A DNA stretch of 64,000 nucleotides, taken from assembly GCA_051294375.1 (NCBI GenBank), contig CM119266.1:7147431-7211430 (forward strand), given 5' to 3'. The stretch comes from Paraspadella gotoi. Its lineage: Eukaryota; Animalia; Chaetognatha. This document shows positions 13,351 through 26,606 of the stretch, one piece after another. Below the pieces are notes generated by a model. The model ran no database searches. It was not told the DNA's origin and saw only the letters and a list, made by a program, of their open reading frames with translations. Position numbers and translations under genes: made by a program. Numbering within the stretch: the first letter of the stretch is position 1; every line of letters starts with the position of its first letter.

Positions 13351-15722
13351 AATGTTTATTTAACCTTTTTTAGCATAGTGACGTTTATTAATCCCGTCAC
13401 GGGCCGAGTCGTGGCTCCGCCGACAATCCGGTTTCCGCCGCTGAAACTTTTGCGCCATCGCGTTAATTTTTCTCCCTTCAAGCTTTTTCCCTTTTGTTTC
13501 TTTCCGGATTCGAAAAAAATTCTCGAAGCGAGCGCCTTTCGCGGAAAAAGCTTCAATTTTTTCGAGCGTTTCCCTTTTGTTACTCTGGATTAAGAGAATC
13601 CACGCAAATTATTACCGCGCATTTGTCTCCTTTCTCTCTTTTATTTATAATCGGATTATACGACCCTAATAAAAAAAAACAAATATTTTGATAAATTTGC
13701 GTTGTTTCTTCGATTGTAGGGACAATAGATTATAAGATCATATTCAACATTCTCAATCTTTTCTGACGTTCGCAAAGGTTGATATTTTCAGTTCCATGCT
13801 GATTTTGATAATTGTAAAGAGACAGTAATAGTTGTTATGAGTTAGTGACAGAACCGTTCAATTAGAAATCTACTATGAAATTACATTCAATAGGGGCTGG
13901 AATTCAAAACTTTAGTGTTGAAGTCTACTTTCAGGTAAAAAAAGAATTTTTAAAAAAAGTTCGATTTTAATGCTTTTATTGCTGCTATCAAAATTACAAT
14001 ATTACTTTATAATGATAAAAAATTTTTTTAATCAATCTTAACTTTTTGATGAATTCTGCATAAAAAGTTAAAAAATATAACTACAACTTTCAAAGATTCT
14101 TATGTTTTCTTGGTGAAAATTAAGAAAAAGTAATAAAATTATCGAAAAATGAATATTATTTATTATAAATAGTTTTTCATATTTTTCACTCGTGATCAAA
14201 ATATTGAAAATACCGGGTTACAGGCTGGTTCAGCGCCCCGTCCCTCTTAACTGCTAGGCGACCACCGGGCCTTTGGGTTGGGATGCAAATGACTTGACTC
14301 CTGCACCAATGGCCGCTGATGAACGTTTGGACCAAAATCCACCATAATTGACTCAATTGAGGGTAAAACTTGTGATAGTCTGGCAAGCTTCCTATATGAC
14401 AGGTTGAAATATCTTTACAAAACCTTGGGAATATTACCTTGGTACCAAACTGAGAGATTTGATATAGAACGATTTTTTGTCCACAAAGCCAAAAGGTTCG
14501 TAANNNNNNNNNNNNNNNNNNNNNNNNNGATTACATTAATTTCAACCAAATTGTAATGTTTATTTAACCTTTTTTAGCATAGTGATGTTTATTAATCCCG
14601 TCACGGGCCGAGTCGTGGCTCCCCGACAATCCGGTTTCCGCCGCTGAACTTTTGCGCCATCGCGTTAATTTTTCTCCTTTCAAGCTTTTTCCTTTTGTTT
14701 CTTTCCGATTCGAGAAAAAATTCTCGAAGCGAGCGCTTTCGCGCTAAAGCTTCAATTTTTTCGAGCGTTTCCTTTTGTTACTCTGGATTAAGAGAATCCA
14801 CGCAAATTATTACCGCGCATTTGTCTCCTTTCTCTCTTTATTTATAATCGGATGATATACGACCTAATAAAAAAACAAATATTTTGATAAATTTGCGTTG
14901 TTTTTTTCGATTGTAGGACAATAGATTATAAGATCATATTCAACATTCTCAATCTTTTCTGACGTTCGCAAGGTTGATATTTTCAGTTCCATGCTGATTT
15001 TGATAATTGTAAAGAGACAGTAATAGTTGTTATGACTCATAATATATTGAAATATGAGTTAGTGACAGAACGTTCAATTAGAAATCTACTATGAAATTAC
15101 ATTCAATAGGGCTGGAATTCAAAACTTTTAGTGTTGAAGTCTACTTTCAGGTAAAAAAGAATTTTTTAAAAAGTTCGATTTTAAATGCTTTTATTGTGCT
15201 TCAAATTACAATATTACTTTATAATGATAAAAATTTTTTTAATCAATCTTAACTTTTTGATGAATTCTGCTGACTAAAAGTTAAATAAACTAGAACTTTT
15301 CAAAGAATTCTTATGTTTTCTTGGTGAAAATTAAAAAAAGTAATAAAATTATCGAAAAAATGAATATTATTTATTATAAATAGTTTTCATATTTTTCACT
15401 CGTGATCAAATATTGAAAATACCGGGTTACACGGTTAAGCGCCCTCCCTCTTAACTGCTAGGCGACCACGGGGCCTTTGGTTGGGATGCGAATGACTTGC
15501 CTCCTACACCAATGGCCGCTGATGAACGTTTGGTGGATTTTGGTCCACCATAATTGACTCAATTGGGGGTAAAACTACAATGTTTCTTGTGATAGTCTGG
15601 CAAGATTCCTATATGACAGGTTGAAATATCTTTACAAAACCTTGGGAATATTACCTTGGTACCAAATTGAGAGATTTGATATAGAACGATTCTTTGTCCA
15701 CAAAGCCAAAAGGTTCGTAATA
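13351..15722. repeat. ~1.15-kb direct duplication across a 25-N gap (probable assembly overlap)
   Basis: 13351-14503 recurs at 14555-15722 with many 1-nt indels, separated by Ns at 14504-14528. Confidence 0.85.
14211..14346 (-). mobile_element. tRNA-derived SINE-like element, head region (second copy at 15421-15552)
   Basis: Reverse complement of 63376-63521. Confidence 0.6.
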
Positions 15723-16575
15723 AAATCGGGTTACTCCAATATGGAAATGAGATTAACGTTTCACAGTATTATTTTAATTTAATAAAAACTTATTAATATT
15801 ATATAAAAATTTAAGTATTACAAAATCAAATTAAAAAGCTAATGTATTGTTTGATCAGCAGACAGGACAAAAAAAAATATTAGGTGATAAAAAGCACATG
15901 AAAATACTATTGAAATGAAGGTTTCTTGTAACTTAATCTTGAAAGATAGTGATGGTGATACTGATAGTAAAGAAATGACAAAAAGCTGTTAAGACAGAGA
16001 GAGATACAGTTCAATCAGTTTTTTTTTTCTTTGTTCACAACCATTTTGGTACCGTTTACTTGAATCATAGTTTGTTTTTGTTTACAAACAACAAATTTTA
16101 TTTTTTTAAACGGATATGTTTTGACCTTTTTTCGAGTCTTCATTGTTTTCTCCAAAAATTGTTTCCTACTTACTCTCAAATGACCTTACTTCGTTCCTCT
16201 TCACTCTCTCTGTCTCTCCTGTCCTTACCTTCAGCTGTCGAATGCAACCAGATAACGCGGGGTCCTACTCCACCAGAATCGAAATGGAAACTCGAGGGGC
16301 GCGGCAGCGGCAACGGCAGCCGAGTGGGAAGTTCCCCTGACAAGGGGAGCGGCAGCGGCGCTGGGGGCGAGGGCGGCAGCAGCAGCGGAGCGGGGATCGT
16401 CGTCGGCGTCGTCCTCGGTTTTCAATGATGCCGACGGGTGGACGAAGTCTTAATTTGTAATCAGAGAATTAATTTAAATTATGCTAATAACTATTACAAA
16501 TTATTACTATTACTATTATACTATTACAAAGTCAGAGTCTAATAATTTGTTAGGAGTTATTTAATAGTATTTTGG

Positions 16576-16618
16576 CTAGTCTTCGGAGGCGTGGGTTCGA
16601 ATCCCACCGCTGCCACCA
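16576..16618 (+). pseudogene. 3' half of tRNA-Leu (variable arm, T arm, acceptor strand) followed by CCA
   Basis: AGTCTTCGGAGGCGTGGGTTCGAATCCCACCGCTGCCA-CCA matches the conserved 3' half of metazoan tRNA-Leu(AAG/TAG). No 5' half is adjacent. Confidence 0.8.
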
Positions 16619-18425
16619 CATTTAAGCAAGTAGACAGAGATTTCAACATGAAACCAAAGTGGATTTTATTTCGAATATGAACAAGAACAAGACGGCGTCA
16701 GAACTTGAGACAGAATGGATCAGTACAAAAATGGTCAGGTATTTATAGCATACAATCGGATCATCGACACGGGCTCGTTTTCCCGATGACATGAAGCCCG
16801 TCTTCTCATTGGTTGATTCCCGACGATGATTCATCCAATCGGCGAGTCCTCGGTAGATTTTACCCGAGTCGCGGATCCGATTCCATTCTTGGTTCTGATT
16901 CCATCTGTAATGAAGTTGCGAAGGTCAAGCTTCCCCTTTTAGTCTTTTGTCTTTCGTCTAACCTTTCCACGCCGCGCTGCTGTTTTATTCCTTCCTTTAG
17001 ACATGTATCGACATGCCTAAACAATGTCGACACGCCTAGACTTCTTCTCAAATATTCTTTCCTCCTTTTCTCCACGTTCCAATTATTTCCTCGCTCGACC
17101 CCCAAACATATTTCCACTCCTTTCCTTAATATTTCCACTTCTTCCTTCTTTTTCGTTACTTTTTTCCATTACTTCCCCTATTTTTTTTCCCAGACGATCC
17201 AATATATTTTCTCACATGACCCCCAAGACCTTTTTCCGCTCCGTTTTGTATCCTGAGCCCCTCCTTTTCCCTTAAGCCCCCGTGACTTCCAATAAAAGTC
17301 TTGATTCATTTTCTATGGAACCTTAAATGAGCCATTAAGAGGAAATGGGGAAGACAAGGAGAGAACCTTCGTTCCGACCGTTAAACTTCTCTTGCTTTCT
17401 CATTCTTTCCTTTCTCTTCCGGTCTTTTACCTATGAGACCATTTTACTTTTTTTCTTCTTAATTTCTCTCTATTTTTATTGGTTAAATTAATTTATAATT
17501 AACTGGTTTTCGTCTTGGTTCCCGATGGCTAATTTTTTTCCCCCCATGGTTATTCTAATTTTTTTACTTTTCTTTTTTTATTCCTTATTCTTCCATTAAA
17601 TCGGCATTTTTTACACTATCCTATTTATCTCTCCTTTTGTATTTTTTTTGAACCAACAAATTCGTAACCGATTCTGAGCTCGATCTCCCCAAAATTCACA
17701 AAAACCTTTTTTTTGGATCGCGGAATGATTTAATGTGGGTAAGAATACAATGGCCAAAGTCTCACGCCAGATTATAGTTCGCGAAACTCGGTTCACGGAC
17801 ATCAGCGCAGGTTCACGAGAGTCGCTTAGATTCACTCGCCTTGGCAATTCGGTCTCTCGTGCAGGTAAAAGGAATTTTGACGGTGAGGTCGTATGGAGTG
17901 AAAGGTTCACCGATGAGAGAATGGAGAGCGGAGCGTCGGAGACCTTTGACCGGAGCACATTAGGGATGGTGTGGTCCGGATTAAATAAGAATTAAAAAAT
18001 AAAAGAAAGTTAAAAAAGAAGAAAAAAATNNNNNNNNNNNNNNNNNNNNNNNNNNNNNNNNNNNNNNNNNNNNNNNNNNNNNNNNNNNNNNNNNNNNNNN
18101 NNNNNNNNNNNNNNNNNNNNNNNNNNNNNNNNNNNNNNNNNNNNNNNNNNNNNNNNNNNNNNNNNNNNNNNNNNNNNNNNNNNNNNNNNNNNNNNNNNNN
18201 NNNNNNNNNNNNNNNNNNNNNNNNNNNNNNNNNNNNNNNNNNNNNNNNNNNNNNNNNNNNNNNNNNNNNNNNNNNNNNNNNNNNNNNNNNNNNNNNNNNN
18301 NNNNNNNNNNNNNNNNNNNNNNNNNNNNNNNNNNNNNNNNNNNNNNNNNNNNNNNNNNNNNNNNNNNNNNNNNNNNNNNNNNNNNNNNNNNNNNNNNNNN
18401 NNNNNNNNNNNNNNNNNNNNNNNNN

Positions 18426-18577
18426 TAATAGCTGGAAAAGCTGCTACGCTCTGACCTTAATAGCTTGAAAACCTGCTACGCTCTTACCTTAATAGCTTGA
18501 AAAGCTGCTACGCTCNNNNNNNNNNAGCTGGAAAAGCTGCTACGCTCTGACCTTGATTGCTGAAAAAGCTGCTACGC
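18426..18577. repeat. ~32-bp minisatellite (TAATAGCTGGAAAAGCTGCTACGCTCTGACCT)n adjoining gaps
   Basis: Several direct copies flanked and interrupted by N runs. Confidence 0.8.
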
Positions 18578-19979
18578 CATGACAATTCATCGATTCCAAA
18601 GCTACACTTTCATCACGTTTTCCGACCATTTCTTTTGTGAGACAAAATTTGTTTACGGTATTTTTATGTTTCCCATGATCTTTGATTTCGCGACCTTCGT
18701 TGTTCTGTTGTAATCGTATTACACTGCGGCGCAAAAAAAGAAGCCACTTTTTCACATCGAAAAAACCGTATTGGATGGCTGAATTTTATTAAGATAAAGA
18801 AACAAAAAAAATCAAGCTTATTGAAAGACGAAACAATTGGTCCAAGACCCAATAAAATCGAGCAAAGCGTTCGAAACTTATATGACGTCAAAATCGATTG
18901 GTACAAAAAATCGGGGGGGAAAAAAAGAAATTAGTTTTTTTTTAATCAATAAGAGTCAATGACTTTTCTTCATTATAAAATGTTTATAATATGAAATTGG
19001 AATCGAATAGAATAGAATATCTGTAGGGATAGGTGTCAACCATTTTTTACCTAAATCAAATTAAAATAAGTAAAGAAACTATATAGAAAAACAATCTTTT
19101 ATCATCAGCCAGAAAAAAAAAGTATCATCAACTTAACCTCCAAAAATTCTGATTCTGATACTACTGCCTGAACCAATTTTTTTTTTGCACCAATCNNNNN
19201 NNNNNNNNNNNNNNNNNNNNNNNNNNNNNNNNNNNNNNNNNNNNNNNNNNNNNNNNNNNNNNNNNNNNNNNNNNNNNNNNNNNNNNNNNNNNNNNNNNNN
19301 NNNNNNNNNNNNNNNNNNNNNNNNNNNNNNNNNNNNNNNNNNNNNNNNNNNNNNNNNNNNNNNNNNNNNNNNNNNNNNNNNNNNNNNNNNNNNNNNNNNN
19401 NNNNNNNNNNNNNNNNNNNNNNNNNNNNNNNNNNNNNNNNNNNNNNNNNNNNNNNNNNNNNNNNNNNNNNNNNNNNNNNNNNNNNNNNNNNNNNNNNNNN
19501 NNNNNNNNNNNNNNNNNNNNNNNNNNNNTACTTTAAGATCGCTCGAGCTAATCGGGTCCTGTCGCGTTACCTATTAGCCTCGTAATGTGAGATAAAAAAT
19601 TGAATATTTCATTATACCGTTTCGTATTAATTTGTTTGCTCAATTTTGTAAAAGATAAAAAAAACAACAGCAAAAGATGTACGTATTGGCCAATCCTGTC
19701 CTCTTTTAACTTTCATGACGTAACGTAATAAAATAAATGGTTTGAAAAAGCAAAAGAGCAATCCGCTCAACGCCATCTGTCTCTCTCCCATTTTGTCTCG
19801 TCGCTATTATCGTCGTCATCGTCGTCGTGTTTCGGCCCAATATTCGTCGTTGTTTACGTTTCTTTCAATTTGTTTACGTCGGCGCTCGTCGTTGTTTGTT
19901 GTTTTAGCCGGCGAGAATCTTCTCTCGATGAATATCATACATTTTGATGAATGAAATGAATCTGCGACGCGCGACGGTT

Positions 19980-20045
19980 GCGTTCATCGCGTTCATCGCG
20001 TTCGTCGCGTTCATCGCGTTCATCGCGTTCGTCGCGTTCATCGCC
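19980..20045. repeat. 9-bp tandem repeat (GCGTTCATC)n
   Basis: About 7 copies. Confidence 0.85.
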
Positions 20046-20969
20046 TTCGCTTCGAGACAAGATTCACGTCTAATTTGATTCGTTTCCTCTTAATTCATCA
20101 GATTCAAAACTGATTCATTCAGTAGATTCAAGACAGAGAATCAGCGGGATTTTTAATAGAANNNNNNNNNNNNNNNNNNNNNNNNNNNNNNNNNNNNNNN
20201 NNNNNNNNNNNNNNNNNNNNNNNNNNNNNNNNNNNNNNNNNNNNNNNNNNNNNNNNNNNNNNNNNNNNNNNNNNNNNNNNNNNNNNNNNNNNNNNNNNNN
20301 NNNNNNNNNNNNNNNNNNNNNNNNNNNNNNNNNNNNNNNNNNNNNNNNNNNNNNNNNNNNNNNNNNNNNNNNNNNNNNNNNNNNNNNNNNNNNNNNNNNN
20401 NNNNNNNNNNNNATCCCACCTCGCCCACTCTTTATCCACTTCCACCTCTCATTCTCCTCCCACTCTCAAATTAATATTCCCACCTAAATCCCCCCCCCCA
20501 ATTTTCTTACCCTTCCAGATCTCACCTAATTTTCTCCCCCTCTCTCGGTCTCAACCATCTCATCCCCTCGACCCAAACCACAATCGCCCCACAACCTCAC
20601 CTAACCACACCCACAATCCTCCACTCCCCCTGACCACCCCACTTCAACCACGCCACCGTCGCCACTCCTTAACACTCCATCTCGCCACCTTGTTAACTCC
20701 AGCATTGTTGCTCTTTTTTTTTTCTTCTCTGGCGTTGTGAGCTTTTTTGAGAATCACGACCGATCGATACTTTTTTTTTCCTCTTCCTCGCTTTTTTTTT
20801 TTTTTGTAAGCCAATGAGAACGTCGCTGGAGTCTTTTCTCGGCCAATCAGCGATCGAGCGTCGGGGATACTCAATTTTCTTTTTTTTTTTAGTTCCGAAG
20901 GATCTTTGATGAAAACCACCCTAGATTTATTTTCACGTTTTGTTTTTCTTGCCCCGCGTCTCTCTCTCT

Positions 20970-21040
<71 letters not shown>

Positions 21041-22420
21041 CTAGGGAAAAGCGAAGTAAAAACAAGAATCGATGCCTGATGCTCACAGTCGCCTTCGCGT
21101 TATTATTATTTTCGTCGTCGTCATCATCATCATTTACGTTCAATTCGTATCCGTTATCTTTATCATTGTCATCGTTTTTCTTCATCTTTGTCATCTTCTC
21201 TTTTTTTTCAGCCTATGTCATCATTTCCACGTTCTACGCGTATTAATTTCGATATCTATCATAAATTGTGTCACGTTTGTCTTTTGTCGTTTTCTTTGTC
21301 GATGTCGTCGTCGTTCTTCTTCATCGCCGTCTTTGTCGTCGTCGTCGTCGTGTCGTCGACATTTCGATTTTCCGATGAAAAATGAATGCGTAGTGCACAG
21401 TGGTTGACCCATAATTCGCTGTGGGACTCGGACGCCGAATCTCCTCACCTTGAATGTCCTCACCTCGAATCTCATCCTCACCTTTTGATCTCAGTTTCGT
21501 CACCGCCCCCCTACCGCCCCCCCTACCGCCCGCCCAAAGCCGTAACCCGTCGTCGTCGTCGTCTTCGTCGATAAACTTTTGATTGCATTCAATTAAATTG
21601 CTGTTGTCGTTGTCGTTGTTGTTGTTGAAATTTTTTAACCTTTTCATACCGTCAATAGACTTCGCCAATTTGAACCATTGCTGGTGTCGTCGTCGTCGTC
21701 GTCGTCGTCGTCGCTATCGTTTTCAGGTATTTCATTAATTTTTCGGGGGGGTCAATACTCAATAGTATAACCGTCGTTATTGATAACTATCTTTTGTTGT
21801 CGTCATTATTTTCGATTTATATTCAATCTGCGAAATTTGAATCCTTTCCACTTTCTTCATTTTATATCGACAATATACATTTTTTTATATACAATGTTGG
21901 GTTCCGAGAATTTTTTTTTAAACGAAAGGCTTTGCTTTTATGCACTCGATCTCATCGCTAAATTAATAATTATTACATCTATAAAAATAGAGATGAACAA
22001 ATTTAAAAAAAAAAGGTTTCAGCCCTTTTATCTAAGTCACTATCTAAGTCACTATCTAATTTCACAATCATAAAGTCCATCGTTATTGACGCCCTCGTCG
22101 CCGTCACTTTCGTCATCAACTGCGTCTTCAACATCATCGTCGTCATGCTCAACTCTTTCGTCGAACCGTCGCCTCCATGGATCGAATTAAATTCCTCTAA
22201 AGGCGTCGACGACGACGTCCGCACAGATTTCATGCTGCCACTTTTGTCCGCGGCGGCTGTCGCGGCGGCTGCAGGCCCCTCCCGCCGCAGCGGCCGTCTA
22301 CCCTCCGTGAATTTTCTTCATTAACTTCGATTAGGAATTTTTTTTTTTTCGAAACGAAAAAAATCTTTGCCTCGAAATTCTTCTTTTTGTTTTTGTTCAT
22401 CTTTTCTGTCTGTTATATTA

Positions 22421-22814
22421 TTGAGTTGCGCCGCGAGTTCACTCGACTCTTCAAGTCTCCCTTTGGTCGGTCGGTCTACCCTTCCATCTATCTTAAATAT
22501 AATTTTGGTAATACTATATAATTTGAATTAAAAGTTAGTACAATAGTTTTGTACTCTAAGACATTTAACTTTTATTTGTTTTATAATTAAAAATTAATTC
22601 GAACTGATTGATATATCATTTGGTTATTTAGTTATTATTTTATAAGTAAATCATAAACCTTAAAACAATTTTGGTATATTTATTTTATATTTGTATATTC
22701 ATAAAATCATCTGGAAAAGCGAAAATATTTAAAATTATAAAAACATTAATATTTAACAAATTTAAAAAATCACGAAATCAATGTGGCGCAATACTTAGAA
22801 ATTGTAGTTTTTTG
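22421..22814 (+). mobile_element. HINE-like element, family B (diverged copy)
   Basis: Starts AGTTGCGCCGCGAG...ACTCTTCAAGTC...GGTCGGTCGGTC and ends with the inverted subterminal GTGGCGCAAT followed by a T-run. Confidence 0.5.
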
Positions 22815-22908
22815 TTTCATCTCGAAGAGCAAAAATTAAAAAAAAAGTTCACAAAATATTTTTTAACTTAAAACATTTCACTCGGCATTAGTCGGTCCTT
22901 CTCAAGTT

Positions 22909-22942
<34 letters not shown>

Positions 22943-25263
22943 TTCGTCGTCGTTTCGCATGAATTACTTTTTTTTCTTTTTTCTTTCTTTTTCAAATCTT
23001 TTTGTTGTTTTTTGTTTTGGTTTTGTTTTCGTTTCTTTTCCGTTTTCGACGACATCTGGGGTCGCGAAAAACGGGATTGTTTTCTTTCTTTTCTTTTTTT
23101 TTTTAAACAAAATAAACTCACGAAAATTTTTTTTTTCCGTTGTATTTTTTCCCGAAATTTAAATTTAAATTATTGCGCCATCGAATTTAAATTAAAAAAA
23201 AAGAAGAAATATTCTCCTTTTTACTTTGATCCTAGCGACTACTTGGTTTGTATCAGCGGGAGCTAATACTTTCTGTCGATCTCATCGCATTATTTGTTAT
23301 CTTTCGTGCTGTCTTATTGCGGGATAACTTATGTATCTGGGATAACTAATGTGTCTTTGTTCTTTATCTTCCTCTTGAGTCTTTACAGTTTTTTAGAATG
23401 TTTATTTTTTCATGGAATAAAATAAAAATAAAAAAAGACAGCCTAATCCGTAATCAGTTTTTTTTCGACAAAATTTTCTTCAAAAAACATTTTTTAGAAA
23501 GATTTGCAGTAAAGGTTGACGGTGCCGTGAACGATTATTTACAAGAAATTTCTCATTTTACGATACATTATTATATAATTAAATATTATTTATCTCAGTC
23601 AATATTCGTTTCATTCTAGGTTATGTAGCTTAAATCTAACAACCTGTATTACTAGTTTTCTTTTTCTCCCTTCCTTTCGTCTTAATATTTCTCTCTCCTT
23701 CCCAATTTGTCTTTTTTCTTTTCTCTCCTTCTTCCATCTTCTTCCTTTTCTCTCCTTCTTTCTTTTCTTCTTTTCTCTCCTTCTTCCATCTTCTTCCTTT
23801 TCTCTTTTTCTCTCCTTCTTCCATCTTCTTCCTTTTCTCCTTTTCTCTCCTTCTTCCATCTTCTTCTGTCCGCAGATAACATCTTCTCTCCGGTCAAAAC
23901 TTCGGCTGGCGTCGGAAATCTTCTCCCCAGACGATTTCTGTCAAAAGAATATTTTTTTTTCACTCTTAACGATTCGCCGAGTCACTTATAAGACTATCAC
24001 TGCTAAGACTCTCACTGCTAAGACTCTCACTCAAACCAGTTCACACTCTCACTACATCCATCTCTGTTATTGAAACACTCTTACGGCAAAACACTATCTT
24101 CCAAAGCAATCTCACGTCAAAGAGGGCCAAAGAGGCTCCCTCAAAACCCACTCATTTTCAAGAACCACAATCAAAACACTCGCAGCTGAATATGATCGCT
24201 CTCTAAACACTCTCTAAACCCTCGCTGCCTTTAACTATTCTCTTTCAAAAGTCTCTCACTCCAAAGAGCCTCAAGCCAAAACACTTAAAAAAGAATCGCT
24301 CACGAAATCGCTTTGATGGTTAACGTGAAGACTCTCACTCGAAACACGTTCACTGAGAAGACTTGCATCTCAAATATTCCCGCCCTCAAAGCCTCTAATT
24401 CGAAAGACTTATTCACAAACTCTCACGCTTCAGATTGGCTTTTTTTATTGTGAAAATTCCTAGCTTGAGTAAAACGTGAATCTTTACTCCTGAGATTATC
24501 TTCACTGAGATGCTTGAGGGTTAAAATCTTCAGCCTCAAGCGTCAATGTTGTCCGAAACTTCGACTCGATCGTGACGAGTTTTCACAGCTGCCTTTTTTT
24601 TCGGAGCCTTTGACTTTTGCTCATGTTCGGCGTTTGATTTCTAATTAGTATTTTGAAAGAGGAAAAGAGAAAGAGAAGAAATAAAGAGAGAAGGAATGAA
24701 AGAGTGTGTAAGAGACAGGGAAAGAAAGAAAGATGAAAAGAAAGAAGGAATGAAAGAGAAAAAAATAAAGAAAGAAAGAAAGAAGTAACGAATGAAGCAG
24801 TGAGAAAGAGACAATGAGTGAAAGAAAAAGAAAGAAAGAAAGAAAGACAGAAGAATGAAATACTGAGAAAAAGAGAAAGAAAATAAGAAAAAAAGAAAGA
24901 AAAAGGAAGAAACTAAACAAAGAACATGATTCACCATCTCACGCGAAATGATCTCATATCACCAAACCTCACATCACCTCACATCACCAAACCCTCACCA
25001 AACTCTCACCTTTTCTCAGACTGAGACTCAGTTCTCAGTTCTCACCCTCCAATTTTCTAACGACATAATTTTTCTTCCAACTGAAGACGATTTTTTCCCT
25101 TTTTTTTCATAATTTTTTTTTTGCAAAAAAGACAAAAAGAAAGTTTATCGTCTTTTCGTCATTTAGCGTCGAAAGTCGTCGTCATGGTTACGGGAAAGGA
25201 GTGCCACTTAGGCAACGAAGATTTTCTCTCTCTCTCTCTCTCTCTCTCCCCCCCTCTCTCTCT

Positions 25264-25344
<81 letters not shown>

Positions 25345-26325
25345 CAGCTATCATATTAAACTATAAATAAGGCTTCCACGAATTTTTTTCTCCTAACTCT
25401 GCCGGCAGATGTAGGTGTTGGTTTCTAGATTCTTGATTTCGATTTTAACTAAAACAAAAAGACATCGAGAGATTAAATCGAGAAGCCAAAAAAAGGCAAA
25501 AAAAAAACAAAAAACAAAAAAACAAAAAAAAACAGAAAGAAGCCAAAACAATCAAAAGATAACAATTTTAGCCAAAACAAAGAAAAGGGACCAAAAATAT
25601 AAACCAAAAGAAAGAGAGAGAGAGAGGGAGTCGTTCGAAATAAACATGTGTTGCCTTCGTCGTATTTGATTGATGGTAAATAAGCTCTATCTCGATGGCG
25701 CTGCGGTCCAACGAACTTCCGTCGGAGGTAAAAGTCTTGAGATCGAGACCCGATTTAGATTTGTTGTTTTTGAGAATTGGCCAATCTCTTTTTTTCTCGA
25801 TTGGCTCAATATAAAGACTTTCTTCCCGTTTATTTGAGTCTTTTCGAAGTTAAATTAATTATTGATTTCGTGTCTCTAAAGTAGTTATACATTCAAAACA
25901 AAAATACAAAAAAACTGAATCCCGATCCGGCGGAAGAGAATTTAAAACTGCTTTACTGAATCCCAATCAAAATTAAACAGATAATTCAGGCAAAATGAAC
26001 ATGTACATGTTTACAACTGGCAGCAACTGCAGCAATTGCCAATCAGAATATATCAGTCAAAAGAGCCAATGCCTTCAACCAACAACGGTCAGCTTCTGCC
26101 ATCGTCATTGGTACAAACAACAGCAAAGCAAATCTGTCGGAACACCGTCAACCCCCTAAATCGCCTTACACCCCCGGATCCCGAGAAGCGACGACGTTAA
26201 CGACGATTTCGAGGTCGACGATCGATTTGGACTTGAAGAGGAGGAGGAAGAGGAAGAGGAGGAGATTGGAATCGAGGCCAAACCCTCGATTCGATTTTAG
26301 TCTTTTTGTTGACAACAAAACCAGA

Positions 26326-26606
26326 TTTTTAGTTACGCCGCGAGTACTCGCGGAGCAACTCTATAAGTCACTATTCGGTCGGTCGGTCGGTCCGTTGGTC
26401 GGTCCATCGGTCTATCCCACTGACGTTAAAAACGCTTATAACTTGCCTATAGTTTGTTGCTCATTTGTTAAAAATCTAATATAAGCGACAACTGGCGCCG
26501 CCTTTTGTTTTTAAAGAAATCTTATAAACTATAAGGAATAAATGACATGAAAAGTAAAAAGAAAAATAATGCGGCGCAACACCTTGGAATAACCATTTCT
26601 TGTTTT
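26326..26606 (+). mobile_element. HINE-like element, family B
   Basis: TTTTT-AGTTACGCCGC, perfect palindrome CCGCGAGTACTCGCGG (26338-26353), GCAACTCTATAAGTCAC, (GGTC)n, then 3' inverted repeat GCGGCGCAAC at ~26570-26580. Confidence 0.6.

Noticed and set aside
13351-15722. Tandem 1.15-kb duplication as a real segmental duplication
   Set aside because: The copies abut a 25-N gap and differ mainly by homopolymer-type indels, typical of unmerged contig overlaps.
19185-20445. ORFs made of X residues (also 42407-42785)
   Set aside because: They span N gaps.
25694-26160. MALRSNELPSE micro-exon plus a Cys-containing downstream segment
   Set aside because: Splice phases do not join into an open frame and no family is recognisable.
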